Shown: piece after piece, positions 38,459 through 48,196 of the stretch | How the letters are laid out: every line of letters begins with the position of its first letter | How positions within the stretch are numbered: position 1 is the first letter of the stretch | NCBI GenBank assembly: GCA_034430135.1 | Contig: DAOUFB010000032.1 | Span: 1-53,568, forward strand | Direction: 5' to 3' | Source: Flexilinea sp. | Lineage (GTDB): Bacteria; Chloroflexota; Anaerolineae; Anaerolineales; Anaerolineaceae | DNA: 53,568 nucleotides | Notes under the pieces: generated by a model | The model's database searches: none | Told to the model about the DNA's origin: nothing | The model's input: only the letters and a program-made list of their open reading frames with translations | Program-made: the position numbers and the translations under genes

Positions 38459-39652
38459 TTAGCCTAAGAACCGGCGCGGTTTCTTCGCCAGCATATCGCC
38501 AAGAACAGCCGCTGGATCCTTAACCTTGCTCAGGAAAATCATCGCGGCGATGATATACGGCTTGTAGCTGGCTTCCTTATAGAGCGGGACGCGGTAGCGA
38601 TCGAAAACCGACGCTTCAACTTCCCCAGCTTTGCAGGAAACGCCCGTGATGTCGGCGGGAAGACAATGCATATACAGCGCCTTTCCGTCCTTCGTCGTCT
38701 TCATCAGTTCTTCCGTGCATTCCCAGTCCTTGTGTTCCGCGTTCTGGGCGAGGAGAACTTTCTCGAGCGCCTTGATCCCGTCGGTATCGCCGTCGCCGTA
38801 CAGGTTCGTCCGCTTTTCCATCGCCGCGAAAGGCGCCCAGCTCTTCGGATACACAATGTCCGCGCCTTCGAACGCTTCCGCCATGGAGTTCGTCTTCTTA
38901 AATGAACCGCCGTTCGCCGCCGCGTTCTTCTTCGCGACTTCTTCAACTTCCGGCATGATTTCATAACCCTGCGGATGCGCCAGCGTAACGTCCATGCCGA
39001 AGCGCGTCATCAAACCGATGATCCCCTGCGGAACCGAAAGCGGTTTTCCGTAAGACGGGGAGTACGCCCAGGTCATCGCAATTTTCTTGCCCTTGAGCTT
39101 ATCAATACCGCCGAAGTGATTGATGATATGGAGCGCGTCGGACATCGACTGGGTCGGATGATCAATATCGCACTGGAGGTTGACGAGGGTCGGACGCTGT
39201 TCAAGGACGCCTTCTTCGTTCCCTTCCTTGACGTAGCGGCTGACTTCGCGCATGTACGTATTGCCCTTACCGATGTACATATCGTCGCGGATACCGATAA
39301 TGTCCGCCATGAAGGAAATCATGTTCGCCGTTTCGCGAACCGTTTCGCCATGGGCAACCTGCGATTTGCCTTCGTCGAAATCCTGAACCTCTAACCCAAG
39401 CAGGTTGCAGGCGCTGGCAAAGCTAAAGCGGGTTCGCGTCGAATTATCGCGGAAGAGCGAAATCGCCAGACCAGAATCGAAAATGCGTGAGGAGATATTC
39501 GCTTCGCGGAGACCGCGGAGGATATCGGCGACGGCGAACGTCGCGCGAACTTCATCGTCGCTCTTTTCCCAGGTCAGAAGAAAATCGTTGTTGTACATTT
39601 TCGAGGCATCAAGCCCCTTCAACACATTAATCAATTCTTTCGTGTTTTCCAT
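38459..39652 (-). CDS. ygeW: Knotted carbamoyltransferase YgeW
   Basis: DFLLTW, FRDNSTRTRFS, DHPTQ, TWAYSPSYGKPLSVPQG, HCLPADI. Confidence 0.96.
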   Translation of the reverse strand: MENTKELINVLKGLDASKMYNNDFLLTWEKSDDEVRATFAVADILRGLREANISSRIFDSGLAISLFRDNSTRTRFSFASACNLLGLEVQDFDEGKSQVAHGETVRETANMISFMADIIGIRDDMYIGKGNTYMREVSRYVKEGNEEGVLEQRPTLVNLQCDIDHPTQSMSDALHIINHFGGIDKLKGKKIAMTWAYSPSYGKPLSVPQGIIGLMTRFGMDVTLAHPQGYEIMPEVEEVAKKNAAANGGSFKKTNSMAEAFEGADIVYPKSWAPFAAMEKRTNLYGDGDTDGIKALEKVLLAQNAEHKDWECTEELMKTTKDGKALYMHCLPADITGVSCKAGEVEASVFDRYRVPLYKEASYKPYIIAAMIFLSKVKDPAAVLGDMLAKKPRRFLG

Positions 39653-39693
39653 TATTTTTTTCCTGTTTATTTGGCTTCTTCAACGCCGGATGA

Positions 39694-40905
39694 TTATTTC
39701 ACCTTACCGCAGTAAACTGACGGGACAGCCGCGTACATCGCCGCAGCGGTAACGAGATGGCTCGTCCAGGTCTTTTCGTTCGGGGCATGCGCCTGATCTT
39801 CCGCGCCCGGACCGAATCCGATGCACGGGATTCCATAGCGGCCCATGATCGAAACGCCGTTCGTCGAGAACGTCCACTTATCGATCACCGGTTTCGCGTC
39901 GAAGAGATTTTCGTACGCGTTGGCGAGCGTCTGCGTCGCGATATGATCTTCCGGAACGACCCAAGTCGGGAAGTAGCATTCGGTCGGGTAAACAAGATTC
40001 GTCCAGGACGGGCGTTCGTACGTGTACATTGAAACGACAGCCTTGGCTTCCTTCACGGACGGGAGATTGCGGATTTCCTGAAGCGCGCTTTCCCAGGTTT
40101 CCCCGTCGGTCAACCGGCGATCAAGCGAAATCGTACAGCTGTCCGCGACGGCGCAGCGTGACGGCGACGTAAAGAAGACTTCGGAGATCGTAACCGTACC
40201 CTTGCCCAGGAACGGATCATAATGCAGGTTTTCATTCAGAGCACGAATTTCATTGATAATCGGACCCATCTTGTAAATCGCGTTTTCGCCGCGTTCCGGA
40301 GCTGAACCATGGCAGCTGATTCCAGGCGTGCGAACCTTGATTTCCATGCGGCCGCGGTGTCCGCGATAAATCCGAAGCGACGTCGGTTCGGTAATGAGGA
40401 CGAATTCCGGGCGGATCTTATCTTCATTGACAATATACTGCCAGCAAAGACCATCGCAGTCTTCTTCCTGAACAGAGCCGACGACGAGAAGCGTGTAATC
40501 ATCCTCTAAATGCAAATCTTTGATGATCTTGCCGGCGTAAACCATGGAGACCATTCCGCCTTCCTGATCCGATCCGCCGCGGCCGTAAATTTCATCGCCG
40601 ATGACCTTCGGTTCGAAAGGACCCGTAACCGTCCAGTTATTAATATCGCCGACGCCAACGTTATCGATATGCGCATCCATCGCGATCAGGTGCTTGCCAT
40701 GACCAATCCAGCCGAAGATGTTCCCCATCGGGTCAATCTCGACCTTGTCAAAGCCAACTTTTTCCATTTCTTCCTTGATCCGTTGGACCGTCGGACCTTC
40801 CTGACAAGATTCGCCAGGAATCGCGATTAAATCACACATAAACTTCGTCATATCTTCCGCGTAGCTTTCGGCCTTCGCGCGGATTGCCTTGAAATCGATA
40901 GCCAA
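39694..40905 (-). CDS. ygeY: YgeY-family M20 amidohydrolase
   Basis: [53 protein letters not shown] start after AGGAGG. Confidence 0.93.
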   Translation of the reverse strand: MAIDFKAIRAKAESYAEDMTKFMCDLIAIPGESCQEGPTVQRIKEEMEKVGFDKVEIDPMGNIFGWIGHGKHLIAMDAHIDNVGVGDINNWTVTGPFEPKVIGDEIYGRGGSDQEGGMVSMVYAGKIIKDLHLEDDYTLLVVGSVQEEDCDGLCWQYIVNEDKIRPEFVLITEPTSLRIYRGHRGRMEIKVRTPGISCHGSAPERGENAIYKMGPIINEIRALNENLHYDPFLGKGTVTISEVFFTSPSRCAVADSCTISLDRRLTDGETWESALQEIRNLPSVKEAKAVVSMYTYERPSWTNLVYPTECYFPTWVVPEDHIATQTLANAYENLFDAKPVIDKWTFSTNGVSIMGRYGIPCIGFGPGAEDQAHAPNEKTWTSHLVTAAAMYAAVPSVYCGKVK

Positions 40906-41083
40906 AATAACCCTCCTGTTTTGCAACAAAAAAAATGGACAATAGACAGCGTGCCGGATTTTAGTTGTCCGACAACTAACAACTTTATTCTATCCCTTTT
41001 CTCAAAGCTGAAAAGGTGATAAATGACCCTATTCTGATGTGATAGAATACGAGAACCTCATCCCTCATTGGTATAATATAGTC

Positions 41084-42100
41084 ATGATTGTTCGCAGTTC
41101 GCAGCCACCGCAACCTATCCTTGCAATTACGCCATCATCGCTGGATTTCGGTCTGGTCAGCGTCAACGGAGAGCCAAGCGAGGGACATGGCGTCGCAAAA
41201 CTGACGATTCGAAACGACGGAGAGCGAACGCTCGTCGGGCGAATCGCGATTCAGGTTTCCTGGGTCAGCGTTTACCCGCCTGATTTCCGTCTCAACCCGG
41301 GCGAATCCGCGGAACACCTTTTTACCGTCCGCCGGATCAATCAACTAACCCCTAATACAGGACATAAACTCGGATCTGAATTTATCGCGCTGATCAACTC
41401 GAACGGCGGTTCCGAAACGATCGGCGGTCATTACTATATTGACACTGCCGGATCTGCGAAAAAGCGCAAGTCGCCGCTTTCTTTCTCCCCGCGGCTGTTC
41501 GCTGCCATTGGCGCAGCGCTGCTCCTCACGGCGGCAATACTCTTCTTTATCTTTTTTCAGGATCGCGCGGTCATCGAGACGAACGCTACGGATCAAGTTT
41601 CAGCGCTCTATACCCAGTTGGCTGAAACGATCCATGCCGACCTGGCACTGAACCAACCAGCGGAAACGAGTCCTCCAAGTCTCCCAACCGCGCCGTTGTC
41701 CGCGCCTGCCCCGTTCGCCGGAATGGGCGTAAATCCGACGTTTACGCCATGGCCCGCGAACGAGTACCCTAACCCGGAAACGTTCGTCCGCAGCTATTAC
41801 GAATCGCTCGCAGCCCGGGACTTCCTGAGCGCTTGGTGGATGTTGACGGAAAAGGTACAAATTGCCTGCTGTTACAACAAGGGGGTCAATCCCGCTGACT
41901 ACTTTGCCACCGTCTGGGGAGCATATTCCGATATTCAGGTCTCTTACGCTTATCTTCAGACCACGGATCAAAATCCGGCGATCATCAATGTCGGGATTAC
42001 CTACAAGGACGAAGATGGCGAAGATCAGGAAGAAGCCTATGCCGTCGAGGTTGTTACCTCTTCTTCGCCGGGTTCTCTCCTTATCGACGAAATCCGTTAA
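41084..42100 (+). CDS. Single-pass membrane protein: Ig-like (BACON/ASH-type) N-terminal domain, TM helix, Pro-rich linker, extracellular domain
   Basis: PSSLDFG..LTIRNDG..W..V.P pattern; one hydrophobic helix; PETFVRSYY..L..RD..AW. Confidence 0.7.
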   Translation: MIVRSSQPPQPILAITPSSLDFGLVSVNGEPSEGHGVAKLTIRNDGERTLVGRIAIQVSWVSVYPPDFRLNPGESAEHLFTVRRINQLTPNTGHKLGSEFIALINSNGGSETIGGHYYIDTAGSAKKRKSPLSFSPRLFAAIGAALLLTAAILFFIFFQDRAVIETNATDQVSALYTQLAETIHADLALNQPAETSPPSLPTAPLSAPAPFAGMGVNPTFTPWPANEYPNPETFVRSYYESLAARDFLSAWWMLTEKVQIACCYNKGVNPADYFATVWGAYSDIQVSYAYLQTTDQNPAIINVGITYKDEDGEDQEEAYAVEVVTSSSPGSLLIDEIR

Positions 42101-42178
42101 TCATCGATTTTTCATGATCCCTCGTCTCGTGATACAATCGGGGGAAGTTCTGGATTAATTAAATCAGGAGAGAAGAAG

Positions 42179-42409
42179 ATGAATGTTAGCTTAGATGATG
42201 TTAAGAAAGTCGTCGTCGACGTGCTGAAGATCGACGGATCCGATATTACGCCGGAAACCGAGTTCATCAAAGACTTGAAAGCCGATTCAATGGATCAGTT
42301 CTTCCTGATCGACGGCTTTTCCGAAGCGTTTAATATCACGATTCCCGACGATCAGGCAAAACAGATCAAATCGGTTCAGGACGTTCTCGACGTCCTTGCC
42401 AAAATGTAA
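42179..42409 (+). CDS. acpP: Acyl carrier protein
   Basis: DLKADSMD phosphopantetheine Ser, FNITIPD, acidic 76 aa; AGGAG RBS. Confidence 0.9.
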   Translation: MNVSLDDVKKVVVDVLKIDGSDITPETEFIKDLKADSMDQFFLIDGFSEAFNITIPDDQAKQIKSVQDVLDVLAKM

Positions 42410-42542
42410 TTCTTAAAGGGACGTAAGCGCTTCTCTGCCCGTCGAATGGCGGAACACCATAAAGACACAAAGAGCCGCTTGCGTCCCCAAATCGACGCAA
42501 AGCGAAAGCCATGGTCATCTTAAGCAGGTCCGGCTTTTCCGC

Positions 42543-43424
42543 TTATTCTGAGTAACTGGTCAATAACTGAGGAAGATCGCGAATCGAGCTGACGGTTCGG
42601 ACGCCGATCTGATTGAAAACCAGTTCCTTCCGCTCAACCAGCCCAACGTCCCCATACGTATTCGCCCCAGTCAATCCAAAAGACCGCCCGCGCGGAAAAT
42701 GACGTCCTGCGAAAACGCCGACGACCGGCGTCGCCATCGAAAACATCGCGTTCGATGCCGCGCGCTCTTCTTCCTGTCCCCCGACTTCACCAACCAGAAC
42801 AATCTTCTTCGTATACACGTCCGCATCCAACAAAGCCAGCGCGTCCGTAATCGTCGTCCCATGCAGCGTATCCCCGCCAACACCGAGACAGGTACTGACT
42901 CCGATTCCCGCGTTCTTCAGCGTCTCAAGCACCATGAAACTCAGCGTTCCCGAACGAGATACGACCGCGACGTCCCCCGGAATCGCGCAGTTCGGCGGAT
43001 ATACGCCCAGCATGGCGCTTCCCGGGTTGAAAATACCTGGGCTGTTCGGACCGATAAATCGGATCCCCATCGAATCCATGTACCGGCAGGCTTTTGAAAC
43101 GTCTTGAACCGGGAGTCCTTTCGTGACGCAGACAATTAAGTTAAAACAACCCGCATCCGCCGATTCATACAACGCGTCAAGCGCCTGCGGAGCGGGGACG
43201 AAAAGAATCGTTGCTTTCGCGATCGGATAAAATTCGACCGCCTGTGCGACGGAGCCGAAGACGGGAACTTTCCCGTCTACCGCCCAGGTCCCATCCGCAT
43301 GAGGGGAGACACCGGCGACGATATTCATGCCAAACTCCGCCATGCGGCGCGCGTAAAATTCACCAGCCCGCCCTGTGATCCCCTGAACAATGACGTTCGT
43401 TTCACGATTAATCAGGATACTCAT
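42543..43424 (-). CDS. sucD: Succinyl-CoA synthetase alpha-like protein lacking the catalytic His
   Basis: MSILI..VIVQGITG, GPNSPG, SRSGTL, GVGGD, GEVGG; canonical GKRMGHAGA reads GRSFGLTGA. Confidence 0.85.
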   Translation of the reverse strand: MSILINRETNVIVQGITGRAGEFYARRMAEFGMNIVAGVSPHADGTWAVDGKVPVFGSVAQAVEFYPIAKATILFVPAPQALDALYESADAGCFNLIVCVTKGLPVQDVSKACRYMDSMGIRFIGPNSPGIFNPGSAMLGVYPPNCAIPGDVAVVSRSGTLSFMVLETLKNAGIGVSTCLGVGGDTLHGTTITDALALLDADVYTKKIVLVGEVGGQEEERAASNAMFSMATPVVGVFAGRHFPRGRSFGLTGANTYGDVGLVERKELVFNQIGVRTVSSIRDLPQLLTSYSE

Positions 43425-43425
43425 C

Positions 43426-44568
43426 TCAATTCTCCTTCGTCACCGCAACGGCGGATCCAACCGCGTCCTCAACCGAAGAACAGACGATAATCCCCGTGTC
43501 CTGAAGGAGACCGTTCGCGTCCATCTTATCCCGACCAGAAAAGTTGACGAAAACCGGGATGCGCCGTTCCGCCTCGTTCCAGACGTTTAAAAGCCGCTTC
43601 GCGATATCGAGGCAGGAGACCATATTCCCGTAGATATTTACGACAATCGCCCGAACGCTCAGATCCTGGAGAAGAAGAGATAACGCTCTTCCGGAATGAT
43701 CCGTGACTGAGCGTGATCCAATATCGACCAAATCCGCGACCGTCCCGCCCGCTTCAACGACTAAATCCATCGTTGCTAACGCCAACCCTGTGCCGTTCGC
43801 CATGCAGGCGATCGAGTTTTCCCCGCCAAATTCAAGATAGACGAAACCTTGTTTATTGGCTTCGAGTTCGTTCGGACGCAGCCGCCGCATGAAAGAATGA
43901 TCGAATATGAACGACTGCCGGAAACCGGCGCACTGATCTAAAATGATCTTTCCGTCGAGCGCCATGACGCGCTGATTCTCCGTGATAACGAGCGGACTAA
44001 GCGCAATATAACACGCATCCAGCTCTTCGAAGAGCTTCCACATGCGGGAGCAGATTTGGATAAAAACCGGAAGGTGAACTGCGGGAAATTCAACCATATG
44101 CGCCAGGTTGCGGACCTGATAGCGCTGGAGCCCAATCAAGGGATCGATCGAAATCTTCGCCGCATCGTCGGGAATCGCATTCGCCGCCGTTTCGATCCGA
44201 ATCGTTGAGCCCGTATACAGGAGCAATACCGGACAACGCGTCGCCCGATCAATCGACAAGACAATTGAATATTCGTCCTGAATCGAAATCGCCTCATCAA
44301 CCTGAAGCTTATCGACAGAAAAACCAGCAATCCGCGTCGTCATCATCTCCGACGCGATCGCTTCCGCCTCAACCGGCGTCCGGGCGACACGGATACCGCC
44401 CTGTTCGCCGCGCCGTTCAACCGGAACCTGCGCCTTGATAACGACAGCCTTACCAATGTCCTCGGCGATGTTTTTAACTTCACGAGCCGTTGACGCCGCG
44501 CGCCCAACAGGAACCGGAAGCCCATACTGCCGGAAAAGGTTTTTAACCTGATACTCGAGTAACCTCAC
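43426..44568 (-). CDS. sucC: Succinyl-CoA synthetase beta-like protein with degenerate ATP-grasp motifs
   Basis: LLEYQ.K.LF..YGLP, KAQV, NGTGLALATMD; GGRGKAGG reads ERRGEQGG; EINP reads ALSP. Confidence 0.85.
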   Translation of the reverse strand: MRLLEYQVKNLFRQYGLPVPVGRAASTAREVKNIAEDIGKAVVIKAQVPVERRGEQGGIRVARTPVEAEAIASEMMTTRIAGFSVDKLQVDEAISIQDEYSIVLSIDRATRCPVLLLYTGSTIRIETAANAIPDDAAKISIDPLIGLQRYQVRNLAHMVEFPAVHLPVFIQICSRMWKLFEELDACYIALSPLVITENQRVMALDGKIILDQCAGFRQSFIFDHSFMRRLRPNELEANKQGFVYLEFGGENSIACMANGTGLALATMDLVVEAGGTVADLVDIGSRSVTDHSGRALSLLLQDLSVRAIVVNIYGNMVSCLDIAKRLLNVWNEAERRIPVFVNFSGRDKMDANGLLQDTGIIVCSSVEDAVGSAVAVTKEN

Positions 44569-44618
44569 GGGATCGTTCCGCCCTTTCTCAAGTCTTTAAG
44601 TTTGAAACGGGTATGGAC

Positions 44619-44653
44619 GACGGGAAGACGCACCGATTCAGCGTCTTCCCGTC
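44619..44653 (-). other. Perfect 13-bp hairpin between the SPFH gene and sucC, with no U-tract on the coding strand
   Basis: gacgggaagacgc-N9-gcgtcttcccgtc. Confidence 0.7.
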
Positions 44654-44664
44654 AAATAAAGCCT

Positions 44665-45726
44665 CTATCCGTTCAGGAATTCCCGAACCGCGTCGCCGCT
44701 AATTCGATAGGCGCTGCCGATTTTTCGCGCCTTCAGTTCGCCCGCACTAATTGAAGCGATAATATCTTCTTCGGAGACCTTGAGAAGCTGGGCGACTTCC
44801 GACGGAGTCATGATGTCCTTAATTCCCGGCTCGCTCGATGCTGCGGCTGGAGCCGCTGCGGCGGGCTGAGCTGGCTGTTGCTGCATAGGCTGGGAGAACG
44901 ACTGGGTCATGAAATTGCCCAGCCCGACGCCCGCGCCAATTCCCGCGGTCAAACCCGCGCCGCCGCTCGGATTATTCGCCGCCTCGCGGAGCGCATCCGC
45001 CGCCTGAAGCTGGGTATAAACGCTCATGTCAAGCATGCCCATCGCACGCAGTTCTTCCGCTGACTTTTCGGACGGCTTGAGGCTGCCGATGTAAAACGAT
45101 TTCAGCGTCAAGCCAATCGCCGCGAAATCGTCCTGAGCCGATGCCTTGACCGCCGTGCCAATTTCTTCAACGAGCGAAATCAGGTCAAAAATGTTCTTCG
45201 TCTGCGTCAATGTCCCTAAAACGTCCTGAATCTTCGAAAGCAGCATCGTCCGCAATCGATTCTCAATCGCGTCCAGCGTATACGAAGAGCGCGATCCGAC
45301 GATCTGCGTAATGAACTGCTGCGGATCGGCGACCTGGAACGAGTACGTTCCGAAGCCTTGAAGAAGGCTGACGCCGAGACCGACGCCCGTATTTCGGACG
45401 ATAATCGGCTGAGACGTTCCCCATTTCACGTCAGCGAACTCGCGCATCGAGACGTAGAAAACTTCCGCGGTAAACGGCGTGCGCCCGTTGAAGGCGGCGC
45501 CGAGGAGATTCGTCAGGAGCGGGAAGTTCGCGGTCGAGATCGTATGCCGCCCCGGTCCGAGAACGTCGAGAGCTTTCCCATCGCGGAAGAAAACGGCTTT
45601 CTGGGATTCGCGGACGATAACCTGTGAACCGAAGCGCAAGTCTGCAACGCCGGTTTCCGGAAAATGATACGCGATGACGTTATGCATCTCGTTTGCGTAT
45701 TCAACAACATCAAAAATTCGAGCCAT
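44665..45726 (-). CDS. SPFH/Band7 (YdjI-like) protein with C-terminal excisionase-type HTH_17 domain
   Basis: VIVRESQKAVFFRDG..D..GPG.HT, KWGT..P; AA.NP.G.AG..AG.G.G; C-terminal MTPSEVAQLLKVS..GELKARKIG..YRI. Confidence 0.88.
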   Translation of the reverse strand: MARIFDVVEYANEMHNVIAYHFPETGVADLRFGSQVIVRESQKAVFFRDGKALDVLGPGRHTISTANFPLLTNLLGAAFNGRTPFTAEVFYVSMREFADVKWGTSQPIIVRNTGVGLGVSLLQGFGTYSFQVADPQQFITQIVGSRSSYTLDAIENRLRTMLLSKIQDVLGTLTQTKNIFDLISLVEEIGTAVKASAQDDFAAIGLTLKSFYIGSLKPSEKSAEELRAMGMLDMSVYTQLQAADALREAANNPSGGAGLTAGIGAGVGLGNFMTQSFSQPMQQQPAQPAAAAPAAASSEPGIKDIMTPSEVAQLLKVSEEDIIASISAGELKARKIGSAYRISGDAVREFLNG

Positions 45727-45762
45727 GCTATACCCTTTCTATCTAAAGCGGTTCACTCGCAG

Positions 45763-46284
45763 TTACGAATTGACCGTGCCCTGGATAACTTCTGAGCGGC
45801 GGTTGAACGCCGTAATCATGTCCGCGGAAACGGTCGTAAGTTCCTGAATTGTTTGATTCAGGTCAGATCCGCCGCTTGCCTCGATCGTATCGAGACGCTT
45901 TTTCACTTCGTCAACAAGACTGAACAGGTACAGGTCGTAATCATACAGCTGATTCAACGCGGATTCGTCGACTTTTACCGCGTCCATCAAACCAGCATAA
46001 CCATACGACGCCGTCTTGATTCGATCAATAAACTGACGGATTTTTAGCGCAGGAACTTCTAAATCGCTCATTTCAGCAATCGCGCCTGATTTCAAAAGAC
46101 GGCGTTGAATCCCGCCGATCCGTCCCCATTCCGTTTCCAGCCGCGCGGCGATCGTCTCGCGGACGAGCTTATCCGTCTCGCGCCGATCTTCTTTCGCCTT
46201 ATAGCCTTTAATCCCGGGAATTTTCTCAACGAATCGTTCAAATCCGCCTTTACCTGCGGAAACAACATCATGTAACTGTTCCAT
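45763..46284 (-). CDS. Conserved helical hypothetical protein, partner of the SPFH gene
   Basis: KIPG..GY..KE.RRE.DK..R, ASYGYAG..D.VK; GGAGG RBS. Confidence 0.8.
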   Translation of the reverse strand: MEQLHDVVSAGKGGFERFVEKIPGIKGYKAKEDRRETDKLVRETIAARLETEWGRIGGIQRRLLKSGAIAEMSDLEVPALKIRQFIDRIKTASYGYAGLMDAVKVDESALNQLYDYDLYLFSLVDEVKKRLDTIEASGGSDLNQTIQELTTVSADMITAFNRRSEVIQGTVNS

Positions 46285-46518
46285 TCTGCCTCCATTAAAG
46301 GTAAAACACAGCCGATAAAACAGGTCCGAGGCTGCGCTTAAATTGTACCGTATTTCCTTATTTTTCCCATGGATTCGCAGCCGCCGAAAAAGTCCGGGCT
46401 CCGAATCAAAACAGCGCATTGAATCAACTCATTAAGTATATCTACAAATTTAATTTAGAAATTATTTTTTGTTATTCTGTTATAATTCTCGAAGGAAACG
46501 ACGGAAAAAGGGAGAATC

Positions 46519-47271
46519 ATGGGGAAAGAATACGTCAATCTGACCTTGGAAAACTTAGATTCAGAACATGTCTGCTGTGCCATCGCGGACAAAAAGCATC
46601 AGGCAGGCGTTCAGATCAAGAAACAGTGGCTCGAAAAACGAATCCCCGAAGGTCACGTGTTCCGAAAACTGGACGAAAAGGGAAAAGTCTTTATCGAATA
46701 CGCCCCGCTCGAGACTGCCTGGGTTCCCGTCCAAGGCGAGAATTACCTGTATATTTACTGTCTCTGGGTCTCCGGTTCCTTCAAGGGAAAAGGGTACGCG
46801 AAAGCGCTCCTCGAATACTGTATCCAGGACGCGCGGGAGAAAGGGAAATCGGGCGTATGCGTCCTCAGCTCGAAAAAGAAAAAGCCCTTCCTCTCCGAAA
46901 AATCATTCCTGCTGAAATTCGGCTTCGAGATCGCTGACACGGCAGGAAGCGATTACGAATTGCTGGCGTTATCGTTCGACGGGACGAAACCGCGCTTTTC
47001 CGAATCCGTGAAAAATATGCGAATTGACAGCAACGAGCTGACAATTTATTACGGTGTGCAATGCCCGTATATTCCGAATTGCAACGAGCAGGTTCAAAAC
47101 TATTGCGACGCCAACGGGATTCCGCTGACGCTGGTTCCGGTCAATACGCTGGAGAAAGCCAAACAGACGCCTTGCATTTTCAATAACTACGCGGTTTTTT
47201 ATCAGGGCGCATTTCAAACGACGCACCTGCTGAACGAGACCTATTTAAAAAAGCTGCTTCAATCGCTATAG
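46519..47271 (+). CDS. GNAT acetyltransferase with YoaP C-terminal domain
   Basis: EHVCCA, FIEY.P.E.AW, CLWVSG..KGKGY, QCPY; extended -10 TGTTATAAT at 46478-46486. Confidence 0.85.
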   Translation: MGKEYVNLTLENLDSEHVCCAIADKKHQAGVQIKKQWLEKRIPEGHVFRKLDEKGKVFIEYAPLETAWVPVQGENYLYIYCLWVSGSFKGKGYAKALLEYCIQDAREKGKSGVCVLSSKKKKPFLSEKSFLLKFGFEIADTAGSDYELLALSFDGTKPRFSESVKNMRIDSNELTIYYGVQCPYIPNCNEQVQNYCDANGIPLTLVPVNTLEKAKQTPCIFNNYAVFYQGAFQTTHLLNETYLKKLLQSL

Positions 47272-47289
47272 ATCGGATGAAATCGAGCG

Positions 47290-48174
47290 ATGCATTTCGC
47301 AAACGTCAAGGGAATTTTATCGGCGTCGAACGGGATGAACCTGTATCGCGGCTGTTCGCATGGCTGTATCTACTGCGATTCGCGCAGCAAGTGCTACGGG
47401 ATGACGCATGATTTTGAAGACATCGAAGTCAAAGCCAACGCGATCGAACTGCTCGAAAACGCCCTGCGGCGAAAACGCGCGAAGTGCATGATTGGAACGG
47501 GGTCGATGACCGATCCGTACATCCCGCTTGAGAGCCAAATTGGGAACGTCCGGAAATCCCTAAAGCTCGCACTGCGCTATGGCTTTGGCTTCACGCTGAT
47601 CACCAAGTCGAATCGCGTCCTGCGCGATTTGGACCTCCTCAAAGCGATCAACGACCGAACCAAATGCGTTGTGCAGATGACGCTGACGACCCATGATGAG
47701 AACCTATGTAAACTGCTTGAACCGCGGGTCAGCACGACGCAGGAACGGGTCGACGCACTGAAAAAGCTTCACGGCGCGGGGATCCCGACGATCGTCTGGC
47801 TCTCCCCGATTCTCCCGTTTATTAACGATAACGAAGCGAATCTCCGAGGTATCTTAAATGATTGCGTCGAAGCTGGCGTAAACGGCATCATCTGCTTCGG
47901 AATGGGGATGACGCTCCGCGACGGAAACCGCGAATATTTTTACGAGCAATTAGACACCCATTTTCCCGGTCTGAAAAAACGCTACATGGAGACATATGGA
48001 ACGCGGTACCAACTCCTCAGCCCCAACCATAGCGCGCTGATGAAGCTGTTCCATCAATTTTGCGATGCGAACAAAATCATCCATAATAACGACCAAATAT
48101 TCAAATATCTAAATACGTTTGAAGAAAAGAACCCAGCCGTTCAGTTAAGCCTGTTCAGCGAAAATTTATCTTAA
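47290..48174 (+). CDS. Radical SAM protein, spore-photoproduct-lyase-like family
   Basis: NLYRGCSHGCIYC (CxxxCxxC), MTDPY.P.E, TKS..V.RD, LEP, QLSLF tail. Confidence 0.92.
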   Translation: MHFANVKGILSASNGMNLYRGCSHGCIYCDSRSKCYGMTHDFEDIEVKANAIELLENALRRKRAKCMIGTGSMTDPYIPLESQIGNVRKSLKLALRYGFGFTLITKSNRVLRDLDLLKAINDRTKCVVQMTLTTHDENLCKLLEPRVSTTQERVDALKKLHGAGIPTIVWLSPILPFINDNEANLRGILNDCVEAGVNGIICFGMGMTLRDGNREYFYEQLDTHFPGLKKRYMETYGTRYQLLSPNHSALMKLFHQFCDANKIIHNNDQIFKYLNTFEEKNPAVQLSLFSENLS

Positions 48175-48196
48175 ACCGCATTTCATGATTCACAGG

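Noticed and set aside
38300..38467. 55-codon ORF with a GGGGGAG RBS sequestered in a hairpin (possible type I toxin)
   Set aside because: No hydrophobic TM helix; it runs through a terminator-like stem and overlaps the ygeW stop; unsupported.
42410..42542. c-di-GMP-I riboswitch-like GACGCAAAGC motif
   Set aside because: Lacks the upstream GGCAAA/GNRA stem and lies between convergent 3' ends; more likely terminator hairpins.
44665..44830. Excisionase indicating a prophage or ICE
   Set aside because: The HTH_17 is fused in-frame to the SPFH protein, and there are no integrase or phage genes.
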